Shown piece by piece: positions 43,709 to 52,387 of a DNA stretch of 64,000 nucleotides. Within the stretch, counting starts at the first letter, position 1. Each line of letters begins with the position of its first letter. The notes beneath the pieces were generated by a model. It made no database searches and was not told the origin of the DNA. It was given only the letters and a program-made list of their open reading frames with translations. The stretch lies in NCBI GenBank assembly GCA_041658225.1, contig JBBAAN010000002.1:2124-66123 (forward strand), written 5' to 3'. The translations under genes and the position numbers were made by a program. This stretch comes from Actinomycetota bacterium. Its GTDB lineage: Bacteria; Actinomycetota; CALGFH01; JBBAAN01.

Positions 43709-46449
43709 TCCTCCGACGCCGCATAGGCCCGATCGGCAGCCCGAGAGGCCCCGGATGATTGCCCGTACCTGCCACCCTCCTGAGCCCCCGCCCCCTCTGA
43801 TATCCCCCAGCTATACAGCAACGCGTCCGCCTTTCTCAAGCGCCCGGCCGCCCACAAAGCCAGAGGGAAGAAGACCCCGAACAACCCGCCTCCGACCAGC
43901 GCCGCCAGTCCCGCTCCGATGCGGCCGGCCGGCGCCACAACGCCCGCCGCAAATCCCGCGGCCGCCCCTGCCAGCCCCCCCGCAAGCCCAGACGCCCAGA
44001 TCCTGGACATCTCAATACCCCTCGGGTACCCGAACGCCCGTCGGAACAACCCCAGGAACAGCGCTGCCCCAGCCACCAAGGCGACCGTCGGTCCCCAAGC
44101 CGCGCCGGCAATCCCGAACCGGCCAACCAGGAACACCGACAGTGGGACATTCACCGCGGCGATCAGCACCCCCACACGCGCCAGGAGACCGGGCTGGTTG
44201 AGACCCTGCGAAAACACCGCGAAAGTCCCGGTGGCTGCGTTGAGCGCAGCCCCCAAAGCCAGAATGCGAACGAGCGAGGCGGCCTGCGCCCCGTGCGCAC
44301 CAAGGGCCCCGCCCACCCATGCTCTGATTGCCTCGGGTGCCAGGATCGCGAGCAGGGCGAACGCCCCAGCGGCGACCCCAACCAAGAGCCGGGTCGCCCG
44401 GTCGAATAGACGACGCAGCGCCTCTTCCTCCCCCCTGCCGCGAAGGTCTGCCGCCGCGGGCATGACCCCCGCGATCAACAGCAACGTCAGATCCCTTAGC
44501 GCCTTCACGACTCGGGCTGCCACCTCATACCCAGCCAGAACGCCCAACCCCAGGAAGCGCGCGACGATGATGCGGTCGGCATAGGTCATCGCGAGCTCCG
44601 CCAGCACGCTCAGTTGCAGCTTGCCCCCGAAGCCGACCAGAGCCCCCAACTCCCCCGAAGACACTGAGCGCGCGCGGATCCTGACATCGGGGAACACACG
44701 CCGCAGCGCCAACCCGTTCAGACACGGGTTGATCAGGGCCCCCAGTACCGCGATAGCCGCAAGGGCGTAGAGGCCACCGCCGAGATGCAAAGCCATCAGG
44801 GTAGCCACAGTCTGAGGCACCATCAGCCGGATGCTGATCCGAGAGGTAACGTCCAGACGCTGCCGACCCACGAGTCCGGCCGCGTATACCCCTCCCACAC
44901 CGTTCAAGAAGAAGCTCGCCACGCCGGAGAGCAGCGCTGCCGCGGCCTCACCCTGCAGGTGGGCCGGCACCCGGAAAACGGACATGAACGCGGCGCGCCC
45001 CGCCCAACAAGCGGGGACAACCAACAGCAACAGCAGCACATAGATCGCCAGGCCCGTACTCAGGGTCCGGCTCATGGCGTGCCGATCCCCACGCGCATGG
45101 CCATCTGCCACCCTCTTCGCGAACGCGTTGGAAGCCCCGAGATCCAGCAACCCCAGATGCTGGGCCAGGATCCCCGTGAGCGACCAGACCGCGAACCGTG
45201 AAGTTCCCAGCCGGGAAAGGGCGTAGGGAACCACGATCAGCGCGGCGACCATTCCCGCCACTCGGGCTAGAGCATTCTCAAGAGTGTTGCGCGGGAGCCG
45301 CGCCAGCGAATCCAGCGAGCCGGGCCTGGCCGTCGCGTGGCACATTTCTTCGAACTGCGCCGTTGCCGCCTGCCAACCGTAGTGCTCCGAGACCCGCCCG
45401 GCGGCCAGGTTACCCAGCCGCTCTCGCCGCTGCGGATCCGCGAGCAATCCAGAGAGGGTGCCGGCCAATCCTGAAGCCCCATCCGCCAGCCGGAAAATGA
45501 CCGCCGTCCCTCCAACGACCTCCAAGTTCGGGACGTGATCACTGGCCAGCACGGCCCGGTGAGCGGCCATCGCCTCCAAGAGCACTGGATGGGTTCCCCC
45601 GACTTCGGTGGGGACCACAAACACCGCGGCGTGGCTGGCCAGTTCCCGGAATCCCTTGCCGAACAGATAGCCCGCGAAGACCACCTCCGGGCCGGCGAGC
45701 TCACGCAAACGAGACTGGTACTCCCGGGCATAGGGGGCGTCACCAACTATGACCAGCCGCATCCCGGCGTCCCGCTCCACCTGCCGCCAGGCCTCGAGTA
45801 GCAGGTGCGCGTTGTTCTCCGGTACCAGCCGCCCTACGAATAGCACGTACTTGCCGGCTTCCAGGCCCAATCTGGCGAGCGTCTCCGTGCCCGGTTCAGC
45901 GATCGGGTCCACCCCGTAGCGCACGACCGCGGGACGCTTGCCGAAGCGGCGGCTCATCTCCTCGGCCACCGCGACGGAATCGGTGACGCACAGGTTGGGG
46001 GCAAACACCGAGATTCGCTCCGCGAAGCGCAGATACCGCCGCGCTAGCCGCCCCCACTTCTCCCGCCTGGAATCCGCCCCATCCACATTGAGGATCGTCC
46101 GCAATCCCAGAAGCCTCGCCAACAGGACGATCGGCGCATTGCCGGCGGTGGCGTACACGGCCACATCGGGCCGGGGCCTCAGGCGGAAAGCTGCATGCAG
46201 GGTGGAGAGCAGGGTGTGCAGGAATGTCTCGAGATGCTTGCTGTGCAATACCGGCAACCGGACCAGACGGACTCCTCGGTACTGTGAAGGCCCTTTCCCT
46301 CCCCGACAGTAGACCGTGACCTCGTGGCCCTCCGCCGCCAGGCGGGTCGCGAACCCCTCGACGGCCGTCTCGACGCCCGAGTAGGAGGCAGGGATACCGC
46401 GGCTTCCCAGGAACGCGACCCGCAGCCGCAGGTCGGTTTGCCCATCCAT
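43705..46449 (-). CDS. Fusion protein: an N-terminal GT4-family glycosyltransferase joined to a C-terminal Wzx-like (MOP superfamily) polytopic flippase domain.
   Basis: N-terminal half has GT4 features (VAFLGSRGIPASYSGVETAVEGFA, C-terminal EX7E-like region VFVVPTEVGGTHPVLLEAMA). C-terminal half has about 12 hydrophobic helices with Wzx-like N-region LSRLGTSRFAVWSLTGILAQHLGLLDLG. Confidence 0.7.
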   Translation of the reverse strand: MDGQTDLRLRVAFLGSRGIPASYSGVETAVEGFATRLAAEGHEVTVYCRGGKGPSQYRGVRLVRLPVLHSKHLETFLHTLLSTLHAAFRLRPRPDVAVYATAGNAPIVLLARLLGLRTILNVDGADSRREKWGRLARRYLRFAERISVFAPNLCVTDSVAVAEEMSRRFGKRPAVVRYGVDPIAEPGTETLARLGLEAGKYVLFVGRLVPENNAHLLLEAWRQVERDAGMRLVIVGDAPYAREYQSRLRELAGPEVVFAGYLFGKGFRELASHAAVFVVPTEVGGTHPVLLEAMAAHRAVLASDHVPNLEVVGGTAVIFRLADGASGLAGTLSGLLADPQRRERLGNLAAGRVSEHYGWQAATAQFEEMCHATARPGSLDSLARLPRNTLENALARVAGMVAALIVVPYALSRLGTSRFAVWSLTGILAQHLGLLDLGASNAFAKRVADGHARGDRHAMSRTLSTGLAIYVLLLLLVVPACWAGRAAFMSVFRVPAHLQGEAAAALLSGVASFFLNGVGGVYAAGLVGRQRLDVTSRISIRLMVPQTVATLMALHLGGGLYALAAIAVLGALINPCLNGLALRRVFPDVRIRARSVSSGELGALVGFGGKLQLSVLAELAMTYADRIIVARFLGLGVLAGYEVAARVVKALRDLTLLLIAGVMPAAADLRGRGEEEALRRLFDRATRLLVGVAAGAFALLAILAPEAIRAWVGGALGAHGAQAASLVRILALGAALNAATGTFAVFSQGLNQPGLLARVGVLIAAVNVPLSVFLVGRFGIAGAAWGPTVALVAGAALFLGLFRRAFGYPRGIEMSRIWASGLAGGLAGAAAGFAAGVVAPAGRIGAGLAALVGGGLFGVFFPLALWAAGRLRKADALLYSWGISEGAGAQEGGRYGQSSGASRAADRAYAASEE

Positions 46450-46451
46450 CG

Positions 46452-47924
46452 CTACACCGCGCCGCGCCGGCTGAGAACGGCGGGAAGTGTGCGGGCCAAG
46501 ATCGCGAGATCGAGCAGCGGTGACCAGTTCTCGACGTAGAGCACGTCCAGGCGCATCGACTCTCCGAAGGACAGGTCGCTGCGCCCGCTCACTTGCCATA
46601 GCCCGGTCATCCCGGGCACCGCTCGCAGACGACGCAGCTCCAACTCGTCATAGTGAGCCACTTCGGACAGTGGCATGGGCCGAGGGCCTACCAGGCTCAT
46701 GTCTCCCTTCAGAACATTGAGCAGTTGGGGTAGTTCATCGAGGCTGGACCGCCGCAGAAACTCGCCGACCCTGGTGACCCGAGGGTCCGAAGCCACTTTG
46801 AACCTCGGCCCATCCGCCCCGTTCAGCTCCGCAAGACCCGCCTCCATCTCCTCGGCGCCGAGCACCATCGTCCGGAATTTCCAAACGCGGAAGCCTTTCC
46901 CGAACCGGCCGACTCGCCAGTGGCGAAAGAGCACCGGGCGGCCCCCATCGGCGAGCACGGCCACCGCAATCGCCAGGAACACCGGCGCTAGCACCACTAA
47001 CCCTACAGTGGCCAGAATCAGGTCGAGTGCCCGCTTCGCGAGAGCCTTGGGCCCCGACAACCGCACCTCCCCCACGTCCAGCAAGGGCATGTCGCCGATC
47101 GACGCCACGACGAGCCTCGAGGTCAGGACATCGGCCAGGGCGGGCGCAACCAACACGCGAACACCGGTGCCCTCCAGCGTTCGAAGCACGCCCGCCACGG
47201 TCTCGCTGGAAGCCGCGCCGGAGGACACGACAACGGCGTCGGGCCGCAACCGCTCCGCCTTTACAGCCAGATCCCCCACCGGCCCCAGCACTGCTCCCTG
47301 CCCCCAGATCACGCACCCGACGGGGGTTTGGTCGTCCATGAACCCGACAACCTGGTACCCCCCGGCCTCCCGCCGCTCCAGGCGTTCCGCAAGGACCCGA
47401 GCACCCGAGTCCGCTCCGACGATCAGGACCCGGCCGGACACAATCCCTTCGACCCTCAACCGGGCCAGCCAGCGCCCGACCACCACGCGCCATCCAGTCA
47501 GCAGGAGAAAGGTCGCGATCCCGCCCAACACGGGCCAGGTTCGTGCCGGCTGCATCTTGAGGAAGAACGCCAATCCGGTGGTACCCACCATCGCGACCAG
47601 CACCGCGTGGAACACATCTCGCACTGCCAGCAAGCGAAGGAGCAGGCGCCTGGGCTCGTAGAGCCGGTAGGCGGCCAGCGCGAGCAGGCTCAATCCCACC
47701 CCCGCCCCCAGCAGCACAACGTAGTTGGCGTCCTCCGGCCGGTAGCCGACCAAGTTGGGCAGCGGCAGCAGCCCGGTGCGGAATCTGAGCAAGTAGGCGA
47801 AGCCCAGGCCGGTCAGAACGCACAGAGCATCTCCCGCGAGCACGAAGATCCAGACGCAGCGCATCAGCCCGCGTTCAGGTATCGGCTCTCCGCCGCGACG
47901 AAGCCTTCGCAGCAATGCGGTCAC
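46452..47924 (-). CDS. Undecaprenyl-phosphate sugar phosphotransferase, the WbaP/CpsE-like initiating enzyme of glycan assembly.
   Basis: N-terminal TM bundle and C-terminal bacterial sugar transferase domain with DELPQLLNVLKGDMSLVGPRP motif. Confidence 0.85.
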   Translation of the reverse strand: MTALLRRLRRGGEPIPERGLMRCVWIFVLAGDALCVLTGLGFAYLLRFRTGLLPLPNLVGYRPEDANYVVLLGAGVGLSLLALAAYRLYEPRRLLLRLLAVRDVFHAVLVAMVGTTGLAFFLKMQPARTWPVLGGIATFLLLTGWRVVVGRWLARLRVEGIVSGRVLIVGADSGARVLAERLERREAGGYQVVGFMDDQTPVGCVIWGQGAVLGPVGDLAVKAERLRPDAVVVSSGAASSETVAGVLRTLEGTGVRVLVAPALADVLTSRLVVASIGDMPLLDVGEVRLSGPKALAKRALDLILATVGLVVLAPVFLAIAVAVLADGGRPVLFRHWRVGRFGKGFRVWKFRTMVLGAEEMEAGLAELNGADGPRFKVASDPRVTRVGEFLRRSSLDELPQLLNVLKGDMSLVGPRPMPLSEVAHYDELELRRLRAVPGMTGLWQVSGRSDLSFGESMRLDVLYVENWSPLLDLAILARTLPAVLSRRGAV

Positions 47925-47935
47925 TGTAGTCCCCT

Positions 47936-47953
47936 GGGGTTGGAGTCAACCCC
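47936..47953. promoter_or_regulatory. Perfect 7-bp inverted repeat GGGGTTG-gagt-CAACCCC in the divergent intergenic region, 12 bp upstream of the sugar-transferase start codon.
   Basis: Seen directly; could be an operator or a 5'-UTR hairpin; function unknown. Confidence 0.3.
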
Positions 47954-48116
47954 GTATCGGCACGAACTGAGAGCCAATTGAGCACCCGGGTTCCAGCCCG
48001 CCCTGCCCAGCACCACGTTCGTGCTATGTTTCGCTCGGGCCGGCTGCACCGCCAGACGCGCGTGGTCCAGCTGGCAACGGCCCGAATCCAAGATACCCTT
48101 GCCGCCGAGGCGCTGA

Positions 48117-49979
48117 GTGTCGATTCCGCTGAGAATCCGCCGCATCCGCCTTCTCATCGAGGCCAGCAGCCGGGTCTGGACCGACGAGGGACCCGGCAGC
48201 TTCGCCGCGAAAACGGCCAGGCGCATGGCGCGCTCCCTCCTGGCGGGTGAGCCCCTGGCCAGGCCCCCCGAGCTTGTCGTGGCCGCTTCCGAGTACCGGA
48301 ACTGGCTGGAGACGGCAGTCCGCGCCAGAAACTCGAGGCAGGCTGGGAACCCGCCGCAGCAGCCTGCATACCAACCGCTGGTAAGCGTCCTCACCCCTGT
48401 CTACGACGTGGACGAAGCATGGCTGCGAAGAGCCATCGAGTCCGTCATCATGCAGAGCTACCCGAACTGGGAACTCTGCTTGGTCGACGACGCCTCCAGG
48501 AAACCCCACGTGCGCCGCGTGCTCTCCGAGTACGCCGCTGCCAACGAGCGGATCAAGGTCCGATTCCTGAGATCCAACTCGGGCATCTCTGAAGCCTCCA
48601 ACCGAGCCCTCGAGCTTGCCGAAGGGGAGTTCGTGGCCTTGCTCGACCACGACGACGAGCTCACTCCCGACGCGCTGCTCGAAGTGACGCGGCGTCTGGA
48701 GCGGGATCCCAGCCTTGATCTTGTTTACACGGACGAGGACAAGTACGCGAGGGGCGGTGCTCTCCCCGTCGAGCCATTCTTCAAGCCGGACTGGTCTCCC
48801 GACCTACTCCGGTCGATGAACTACATCACTCACCTGAGCGTCTTCCGCCGGAGCCTGGTCGAGGACATGGGCGGCTTCAGGGCTGGACTGGAGGGGAGCC
48901 AGGACTACGATCTACTCTTGCGCTTCACCGAACGGACGAACCGCATAGCGCATGTGCCCAAGGTCTGCTACCACTGGCGCAAGATAGCCGGATCGGCAGC
49001 CGTGTCCTCCGACAGCAAGCCCTACGCCTACCGGGCAGCGGAGCGGGCGCTCAGCGACGCACTTCGCCGCCAGGGCCGCGAGGGCAAGACCCGCATGATC
49101 GCCCCCGGCCGCTACCGGGTGCAGTATGCCATCGCGGGGACTCCTCCGGTGTCCTTCGTGGTCGCGGCCCGTGGCGGCAACCGTGCAATGGCCAAGTCTC
49201 TCGCAGCAATGGCCTCCAAGACCGCATATCGCAACATCGAGCTGATCGTTGTGGGGGCCCCGGACTGGCAAGAAATCGCGAGGAGGCTTCCCGAGTCGGG
49301 CCTGGCCATTCGACACGCTCCCGGACGTCCGGGGGCGGGATGGGCGACCACCTGCAACTTGGCGGCGTCGAGCGCACGCGGCCAGTACCTGCTCTTCCTG
49401 GATGGCCTCACGCGACCTCTGAACCCCCAGTGGTTGGAGGCCCTACTCGAGCATGCCCAGCGTGAGGAGGTCGGCGCTGTGGGTTCCACTCTCGTGCGCC
49501 GTAATGGCTACATCTCTCAGGCTGGCGTCGTGCTGTGTGCCGGTGGCGCCGCCCGCTACGCCTATCGCGATCTCGACGCCGGCTCACCCGGCTATGTCGG
49601 TCTCGCGCACGCCGTGCGCGACTGCAGTGCCGTGACGGGAGCGAGCATGATGATCCGGGCCGACCTCTTTCTGGACGTCGGAGGATTCGACGAGCACCTT
49701 GTGCCGCCATGGGCGGAGGTCGACCTGTGTTTGCGCCTCAGACACCACGGCTACCAAGTCGTCTGCACACCCTTCTCGCGGCTCCTGCAGCATCGGGGTG
49801 CCACTCGGCGAGCCCTACCATCCAATCGCTCCGCCGCGCTTGTCGTCAAACGGTGGGGCGAAGTAATCGCCGACGGCGATCCTTACTTCAGTCCCAATCT
49901 GGTGCCCGAGTTCGATATCGTTCGCCTTCGGGTTCCATCGAGCGACATGGCCGGACGAAAGGGGAGCGACTTTGCCTGA
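48117..49979 (+). CDS. Dual-domain glycosyltransferase with two tandem GT2 modules; divergent from the minus-strand glycan genes.
   Basis: Two regions with GT2 signatures, VSVLTPVYDV...LVDDAS...LDHDD and VSFVVAARGGN...LFLDGL. Confidence 0.75.
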   Translation: MSIPLRIRRIRLLIEASSRVWTDEGPGSFAAKTARRMARSLLAGEPLARPPELVVAASEYRNWLETAVRARNSRQAGNPPQQPAYQPLVSVLTPVYDVDEAWLRRAIESVIMQSYPNWELCLVDDASRKPHVRRVLSEYAAANERIKVRFLRSNSGISEASNRALELAEGEFVALLDHDDELTPDALLEVTRRLERDPSLDLVYTDEDKYARGGALPVEPFFKPDWSPDLLRSMNYITHLSVFRRSLVEDMGGFRAGLEGSQDYDLLLRFTERTNRIAHVPKVCYHWRKIAGSAAVSSDSKPYAYRAAERALSDALRRQGREGKTRMIAPGRYRVQYAIAGTPPVSFVVAARGGNRAMAKSLAAMASKTAYRNIELIVVGAPDWQEIARRLPESGLAIRHAPGRPGAGWATTCNLAASSARGQYLLFLDGLTRPLNPQWLEALLEHAQREEVGAVGSTLVRRNGYISQAGVVLCAGGAARYAYRDLDAGSPGYVGLAHAVRDCSAVTGASMMIRADLFLDVGGFDEHLVPPWAEVDLCLRLRHHGYQVVCTPFSRLLQHRGATRRALPSNRSAALVVKRWGEVIADGDPYFSPNLVPEFDIVRLRVPSSDMAGRKGSDFA

Positions 49980-50712
49980 GGTCTATGATGCCTTCTACTA
50001 CGCTACGTCCTGCGGCCGCCCCTACCGGCGAGACGAGGAGTGGCTAGCGTTCTTCGGCCGTATGGCGGATCGAATCATTCAGGACTTGAACCCCCGCACC
50101 GTGATGGATGCCGGCTGTGCTCACGGTTTCCTGGTCGAGGCCCTGCGGGACCGGGGGGTGGAGGCTTACGGCGTCGATGCGTCCGCTTACGCGATAGGGC
50201 AGGTCCGGCCGGACGTATCCCAGTACTGCACGATCGGTTCGCTTCTGGGACCTTTCCCGCAGACCTACGACTTGATCGTGTGCATCGAGGTAGTCGAGCA
50301 CCTTGCCGCAGCTCAGGCACACGACGCGATCGGCAATCTGTGCCGGCATGCCGACGACATTCTCTTCTCCTCCACCCCGGACGACTACACCGAGCCCACC
50401 CATCTCAACGTTCGTCCCGTCGAGCACTGGGCGGAGCACTTCGCACGCAACGGGTTCTTTCGGGACCTCGACTTCGACACGGAGTTCATAGCTCCGCAAG
50501 CAATGCGCTTCCGGAGATCGTCCGACCCGGCCCATCGCATGGTTGCGAACTACGAGAGGAAGCTTTGGTCGCAGACCAGGGAGACCGCCGCGCTACGCAG
50601 GCAGGTCATCGAGATGAAGAACCAGCTGTCTGCCGCCTGGCACCCTCAGCCCGACATGCCGTTGGGATGGATGCGCCGTGTGCGAACGCGCCACAAGGGT
50701 GGGACCACCTAG
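49972..50712 (+). CDS. Class I SAM-dependent methyltransferase; TTG start at 49972 or a downstream start.
   Basis: Rossmann-like motif VMDAGCAHGFLVEALRDRGVEAYGVDAS...LIVCIEVVEHL. Confidence 0.6.
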   Translation: MPEVYDAFYYATSCGRPYRRDEEWLAFFGRMADRIIQDLNPRTVMDAGCAHGFLVEALRDRGVEAYGVDASAYAIGQVRPDVSQYCTIGSLLGPFPQTYDLIVCIEVVEHLAAAQAHDAIGNLCRHADDILFSSTPDDYTEPTHLNVRPVEHWAEHFARNGFFRDLDFDTEFIAPQAMRFRRSSDPAHRMVANYERKLWSQTRETAALRRQVIEMKNQLSAAWHPQPDMPLGWMRRVRTRHKGGTT

Positions 50713-50853
50713 GAACCCCCCAACCTCCTGGCGTCCGGCGACCGCCCCACGGGGCCGAACCACACCCGGTTTCCCTACACACCCGACAAGACGCCCGACA
50801 ATCGCGTAGAGGGGAACCGTCCATGGGAAACCAGGAGCTTGGCAGCGGCACTA

Positions 50854-51369
50854 CTAGGATCGAGACCAGGAGTCGCCCCAAGCCGGGTCGGACGGATCCG
50901 GCACGGCGCACGAAGCGCCCGCGGGCACGGTGCGGTCATAGTAGGTGCCAGTCAAGCTGCCCGCCATGGTGTCCTTAATGTAGAAGCAGCGCCCCATCGA
51001 GGTTCTGCCCACCAGCACCACAGTCTGAGCCGTGCTTGGGATGTTGAACACCTTCAGGTAGATGGCCCGCGCTGATGAGCTGCCATCCAGAGCAGTTGTC
51101 GTCCAGGCCAGAGACGGCTCCACCTTCGACATCTCCGCCGAGTCCTCAGTGTATGCGGACCACTCGCCGTAGTAGATCCGACTCGCCGTGAACGCATTGC
51201 GCACGTTGGCTTGGGTAGCACGGTCGGCTGCCTGCCGGCGAGCCCCCAGGTAGGTCGGGATGGCGATCGCGATAAGGATGGCGATGATGAGTACGACCAC
51301 CATCAGTTCGATGAGGGTGAAGCCCTCGTGCCGCTTGGTGTGAGAGCCGAGGTTTCGCATGAACCCCAT
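50854..51369 (-). CDS. pilA: Type IVa major pilin, copy 1.
   Basis: Class III signal peptide ...TKRHEG|FTLIELMVVVLIIAILIAIAIPTYLGARRQ. Confidence 0.8.
   Translation of the reverse strand: MGFMRNLGSHTKRHEGFTLIELMVVVLIIAILIAIAIPTYLGARRQAADRATQANVRNAFTASRIYYGEWSAYTEDSAEMSKVEPSLAWTTTALDGSSSARAIYLKVFNIPSTAQTVVLVGRTSMGRCFYIKDTMAGSLTGTYYDRTVPAGASCAVPDPSDPAWGDSWSRS
51242..51321. repeat. 80-bp segment (1 mismatch) shared by pilA copy 1 and pilA copy 2 (52062-52141), covering the conserved alpha-1 N-terminal helix.
   Basis: Sequence ggtcgggatggcgatcgcgataaggatggcgatgatgagtacgaccaccatcagttcgatgagggtgaa is identical at both loci. Flanking 3' coding parts are unrelated at nucleotide level. Confidence 0.85.
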
Positions 51370-51664
51370 TATCGGACCATTAGCCGATCTACGTTAGGCC
51401 CGCGCCCAGACACCCTGCCGGCGCTCACAAGCAGCGGTCGAACAGCAGGCGCCCTGCGCCCTCACCGCCACCGCCCCTTTGGGGGGTTGGCACCCCCCGG
51501 TCCCCAGCCTCTCTTGCCGGCGCCTCACTTGCCCACACCCATCGAGCACAGGGCGGGGTTGACCCGCCCTATCTCACCCCACCGGACATGCGGGCCCGCA
51601 TCCGGATATCTCGGCGCCCAGACGACTCTCACCTCCTCGCGACTGTTCATGCCAGGCGCACCAC

Positions 51665-51696
51665 CAAGAAAACGGCGGGCCCTTACGGGCCCGCCG
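51665..51696 (-). terminator. Intrinsic terminator downstream of pilA copy 2.
   Basis: Minus-strand RNA CGGCGGGCCC-GUAA-GGGCCCGCCG (10-bp GC stem) followed by UUUUCUU; 20 nt after pilA2 stop. Confidence 0.7.
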
Positions 51697-51714
51697 TTCA
51701 GAGCGAAACCGGTA

Positions 51715-52182
51715 CTACCACTTGTCGGCGCCAGTGCCGGCACAGCTGGGAACCTTGAAGTACAGGGTACCCGCGCCAGTGCCGATAGACGTGTCCTTGA
51801 TCGAGAAGTTCGTGCCCGACATGCTGTGCGCGGTGAGACACACAACAGCGCTGTCGCCGAGGACCACGTCCGACACCTCCATCAAAACCTCACGCCGAGC
51901 GTCTGGAGTCCCGCTGTTCAGCCACGTCAGGGAAGGCTCAATGCCCTGCATCGACGCGGTGTCCTCCGTGAACACCTCGTTGTCCGTGTAGTACACCTTC
52001 TCCGCCGTCAGGCCGTTGCGGAGATCGGACTGAGCTGCACGGTCCTGCGCGCGCTTTCGGGCCCCCAGGAAGGTCGGGATGGCGATCGCGATAAGGATGG
52101 CGATGATGAGTACGACCACCATCAGTTCGATGAGGGTGAATCCCTCTTCCTTCTTGGTCATGCTTTCACGAAGTTTGATCAT
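51715..52182 (-). CDS. pilA: Type IVa major pilin, copy 2, with a strong RBS.
   Basis: Leader ...MTKKEEG|FTLIELMVVVLIIAILIAIAIPTFLGARKR; AAGGAGG 12 nt upstream of ATG; intrinsic terminator 20 nt after stop. Confidence 0.8.
   Translation of the reverse strand: MIKLRESMTKKEEGFTLIELMVVVLIIAILIAIAIPTFLGARKRAQDRAAQSDLRNGLTAEKVYYTDNEVFTEDTASMQGIEPSLTWLNSGTPDARREVLMEVSDVVLGDSAVVCLTAHSMSGTNFSIKDTSIGTGAGTLYFKVPSCAGTGADKW
52062..52141. repeat. Second copy of the 80-bp pilA N-terminal identical segment.
   Basis: See 51242-51321. Confidence 0.85.
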
Positions 52183-52387
52183 AATGTTTGTTCACCTCCT
52201 TTCCCGATCAGAGTCAACACGTACACCTGCGACACGTTTCTTGCGGGAGCCGGACCGAGTGGCCCGACAACCCGCCAGACGCGCCATCGCCCAGTTTCCT
52301 CCTTCGGGCAGCGCAGGTACATGACTTCCTGAATCCGACTATCGGTCCCAGAGCGCAATACCTTTAGCCCAATTTCACCCGAAGTGA

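Noticed and set aside
51480-51520. TGGCAC-like motif (ttggcaccccccggtcc) resembling a sigma-54 -24 element near the pilA genes.
   Set aside because: Wrong strand and orientation relative to pilA copy 1, no TTGC -12 element at the right spacing, and Actinobacteria generally lack RpoN.
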